Positions 60,945 to 64,000 of a stretch of 64,000 nt of DNA are shown one piece after another. The position numbers and the translations under genes were made by a program. Source of the DNA: Macrostomum lignano (taxonomy: Eukaryota); contig NIVC01002751.1 of the NCBI GenBank assembly GCA_002269645.1, positions 62,001 to 126,000 of the forward strand. Reading direction: 5' to 3'. The first letter of the stretch is position 1. Each line of letters opens with the position of its first letter. Under the pieces are notes generated by a model. That model was not told the DNA's origin. It worked only from the letters and a program-made list of their open reading frames with translations, and made no database searches.

Positions 60945-61930
60945 CTCTTCAGCCTGACTCTCGTCTCTCTGACTCTTGCCTCTCTGACTCTCGCCTCTCT
61001 GACTCTCGTCTCTCTGACTCTCGTCTTTCTATGATTCTCGTCTCTCTGACTCTCGTTTCTCTGACTCTCGTCTCTCTATGATTCTCGTCTCTCTGACTCT
61101 CGTCTCTCTGACTCTCGTCTCTCTGACTCTCGTCTCTCCATGGTTCTCGTCTCTCTGACTCTCGTCTCTCCATGATTCTCGTCTCTCTGACTCTCGTCTC
61201 TCTGACTCTCGTCTCTCTGACTCTCGTTTCTCTGACTCTCGTCTCTCTCTGACTCTCGTCTCTCTGACTCTCGTCTCTCTGACTCTCGCCTCTCTGACTC
61301 TCGTATCTCTGACTCTTGCCTCTCAGACTCTCGCCTCTCTGATTCTCGCCTCTCTGACTCTCGTCTCTCTGACTCTCGTCTCTCTATGATTCTCGTCTCT
61401 TTGACTCTCGTCTCTCTGACTCTCAACTCTCTGACTCTCGTCTCTCTGACTCTCGCCTCTCTGACTCTCGCCTCTCTGACTCTCGCCTCTCTATGATTCT
61501 CGTCTCTCTGACTCTCGTCTCTATATGATTCTCGTCTCTCTGACTCTCATCTCTCTGACTCTCGTCTCTCTATGATTCTCGTCTCTCTGACTCTCATCTC
61601 TCTGACTCTCGTCTCTCTATGATTCTCGTCTCTCTGACTCTCATCTCTCTGACTCTCGTGTCTATGATTCTCGTCTCTCTGACTCTCGTCTCTCTGACTC
61701 TCGCCTCTCTGACTCTCGTCTCTCTGACTCTCGCCTCTCTGACTCTCGCCTCTCTGACTCTCGCCTCTCTGACTCTCGCCTCTCTGACTCTCGCCTCTCT
61801 ATGATTATCGTCTCTCTGACTCTCGTCTCTCTGACTCTGGTCTCTCTGACTCTCGTCTCTCTGACTCTGGTCTCTCTGACTCTCGTCTCCTTGACTCTCG
61901 TCTCTCTGACTCTCGACTCTCTGACTCTCG
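60945..61930. repeat. 15-bp minisatellite
   Basis: Unit TCTCTGACTCTCGTC; explains the ESERR/RDESQ ORFs. Confidence 0.95.
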
Positions 61931-62014
61931 TCTCTGGCTCTCGTCCCCCCTCTCTCTATATCTCTTCCCCTGACTCTCGTCTCTCCGCTTCTTGCCAACC
62001 AATGATTCATTGGT

Positions 62015-62075
62015 CGATCGATTGATTGATTGATTGATTGATTGACTGATTGATTGATTGATTGATTGACTGATT
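62015..62075. repeat. (GATT)n microsatellite
   Basis: Direct reading. Confidence 0.95.
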
Positions 62076-62519
62076 CAATTTAATTAAATCCTCAGAACTA
62101 CGCTCATAGTTAATTATTTTTCATATTTTAACAAGTGATCCATAGAACTTCGCTGACAGTTACGATTACGAATTGATTGACTGAAGCAGAGCCAACAGCA
62201 ATGTGAAAAGCTGAGATAATACTTTTCAATGCACTTTTTATAGCCTTCACGCCCACGCACGAAGCAGTGGCTGATTTTTTCCCAGAATTTCTGCCCCACT
62301 GTATCAATAAATCCACAAGCAAGCAAAAGGCGTGAATACAAGTTCCCACCCTTTTCGGCTGTGAGCTGAACAATGAAGCAATCAATTCAGGCGCTGGGGT
62401 GTTAAGGACAACAAAAAAGTTCTTAATCCAAGCATTTTTGATCAAATAAATTGAAAACTAAAGAAGAAATTGGAATAAAAAAGAAAAATGTACACACTAA
62501 CCCTAACCGATGCCCACAG

Positions 62520-63112
62520 AGGGTTGTACCCTCCGGGTTGTACCCTCCGGGTTGTACCCTCCGGGTTGTACCCTCCGGGTTGTACCCTCCGGGTTGTACC
62601 CTCCGGGTTGTACCCTCCGGGTTGTACCCTCCGGGTTGTACCCTCCGGGTTGTACCCTCCGGGTTGTACCCTCCGGGTTGTACCCTCCGGGTTGTACCCT
62701 CCGGGTTGTACCCTCCGGGTTGTACCCTCCGGGTTGTACCCTCCGGGTTGTACCCTCCGGGTTGTACCCTCCGGGTTGTACCCTCCGGGTTGTACCCTCC
62801 GGGTTGTACCCTCCGGGTTGTACCCTCCGGGTTGTACCCTCCGGGTTGTACCCTCCGGGTTGTACCCTCCGGGTTGTACCCTCCGGGTTGTACCCTCCGG
62901 GTTGTACCCTCCGGGTTGTACCCTCCGGGTTGTACCCTCCGGGTTGTACCCTCCGGGTTGTACCCTCCGGGTTGTACCCTCCGGGTTGTACCCTCCGGGT
63001 TGTACCCTCCGGGTTGTACCCTCCGGGTTGTACCCTCCGGGTTGTACCCTCCGGGTTGTACCCTCCGGGTTGTACCCTCCGGGTTGTACCCTCCAGGTTG
63101 TACCCTCCGGGT
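62520..63112. repeat. 14-bp near-perfect minisatellite, ~42 copies
   Basis: Unit GGGTTGTACCCTCC. Confidence 0.97.
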
Positions 63113-63220
63113 CCTAAGCACCAACAATGAGTGCAATAACAAGCCTCTCATCAAGCGCTTCGCGTCAACGCATTCCGAATGCTGATAATAGTGCAACTGT
63201 TATTCGCATTGTTATTCGCA

Positions 63221-63490
63221 CTGGCGGGCCACGTGATCCGATCCGAGGGCTACTGCCCCCAACCTGTTCAGGACGTCCTGCTGCTTACCTTGCGAAGTCC
63301 GTTCAGGCGGGGTCAGGCCCGAACCCGTCGATACGTGGACTGCCTGCTGTGCGACGCTGGGGCGCCCGACACTGCCAACGGAGCTGACTTTGTTCGCTCT
63401 CAGGCTCTGCGGCGCGCCATCTGACGCGTCCTGCTCTAACTGTGACTGTGCATGCGGGGTCGCGTATTTTGTTGTTTGTTGTTGTTGTTG
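63221..63490 (+). mobile_element. Short 5'-truncated copy of the RTE-like LINE (3' end)
   Basis: LAGHVIRSEGYCPQPVQDVLLLTL matches 14740-14820; (GTT)n tail; 12-bp TSD TATTCGCATTGT at 63201-63212 and 63491-63502. Confidence 0.88.
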
Positions 63491-64000
63491 TATTCGCATT
63501 GTGCTTGTGGATGCTGGACTGGGCTCGATCTGTTTACACCGCGTCCAGTCAGGGGATTAGGGGGGGATAGCGACGACTCCGCGCTCTCCCTAGGGAACCA
63601 GCGGGCTTAAGTTGCAAAAACAGCATCATCTGGCGCAGAAGGAGGCTGTTGCCCGACCATCCGGCCGCGTGATTTACGCCATCCTCCCCTCCCCCTTTAC
63701 TCTACCTCCGCGCCGTCGAGGGATATGGGGTGGGGGATAATTCTCCTCACCTAGCTGTGCCGCCTATCAGTTGGCGAAGACTGACAGACAAGAGCAGCAA
63801 AAACAACGAACTCAAAAACAACCCTCAGAAGCCAGTTATGTGAACTAGATCTAATTTTTCTCTAGAATCGTCAAATTATTGCAATAATCCGCTGTGTTTG
63901 ATGTGAATGTGAAAGGTAGATTAAAACTGAATAGTCGGGACGTTGCAAAAAAGTAAGCCCGCATCACGCAACGATTCTCAAATGCGACTTTCTCTTCTGT

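Noticed and set aside
62497-62508. Interstitial telomere
   Set aside because: Fewer than two full TAACCC units.
25060-63112. Tandem arrays as CRISPR
   Set aside because: Units are head-to-tail with no unique spacers, there are no cas genes, and the context is eukaryotic.
60949-63196. Charged repeat ORFs (ESERR, RDESQ, VVPSGLYPPGCTLR)
   Set aside because: Translations of the 15- and 14-bp arrays.

Overview
Eukaryotic, intron-containing, repeat-rich invertebrate genomic DNA. GC-rich poly-Q/poly-A exons, minisatellite-filled introns and the TE content suggest the flatworm Macrostomum; this is inference, not shown by the sequence. Genes reconstructed by hand from GT-AG junctions with matching phases: 3' end of a Caskin-like gene (+), TMEM151-like (-), two tandem intronless orphan genes with SNAPC2/SANT-like N-termini (+), SMARCD/BAF60 (+), RNF38/RNF44-like RING-H2 ligase with two alternative first exons (+), and ZDHHC23-like palmitoyltransferase (-, 5' exon not located). 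Relics: piggyBac and hAT transposases, two 5'-truncated RTE-like LINEs with TSDs, two tRNA-derived SINE families (one with a CORE/MIR-like domain), several MITEs, a GPCR pseudogene and a p38 MAPK pseudogene. About 20 tandem arrays explain most long ORFs in the ORF track, which are spurious. No CRISPR, rRNA or convincing tRNA gene. The best leads are the SNAPC2-like gene pair upstream of SMARCD, the inverted minisatellites bracketing SMARCD exon 2, and an orphan ORF nested between twin arrays in an RNF38 intron. Family assignments come from recalled motifs and need database confirmation.
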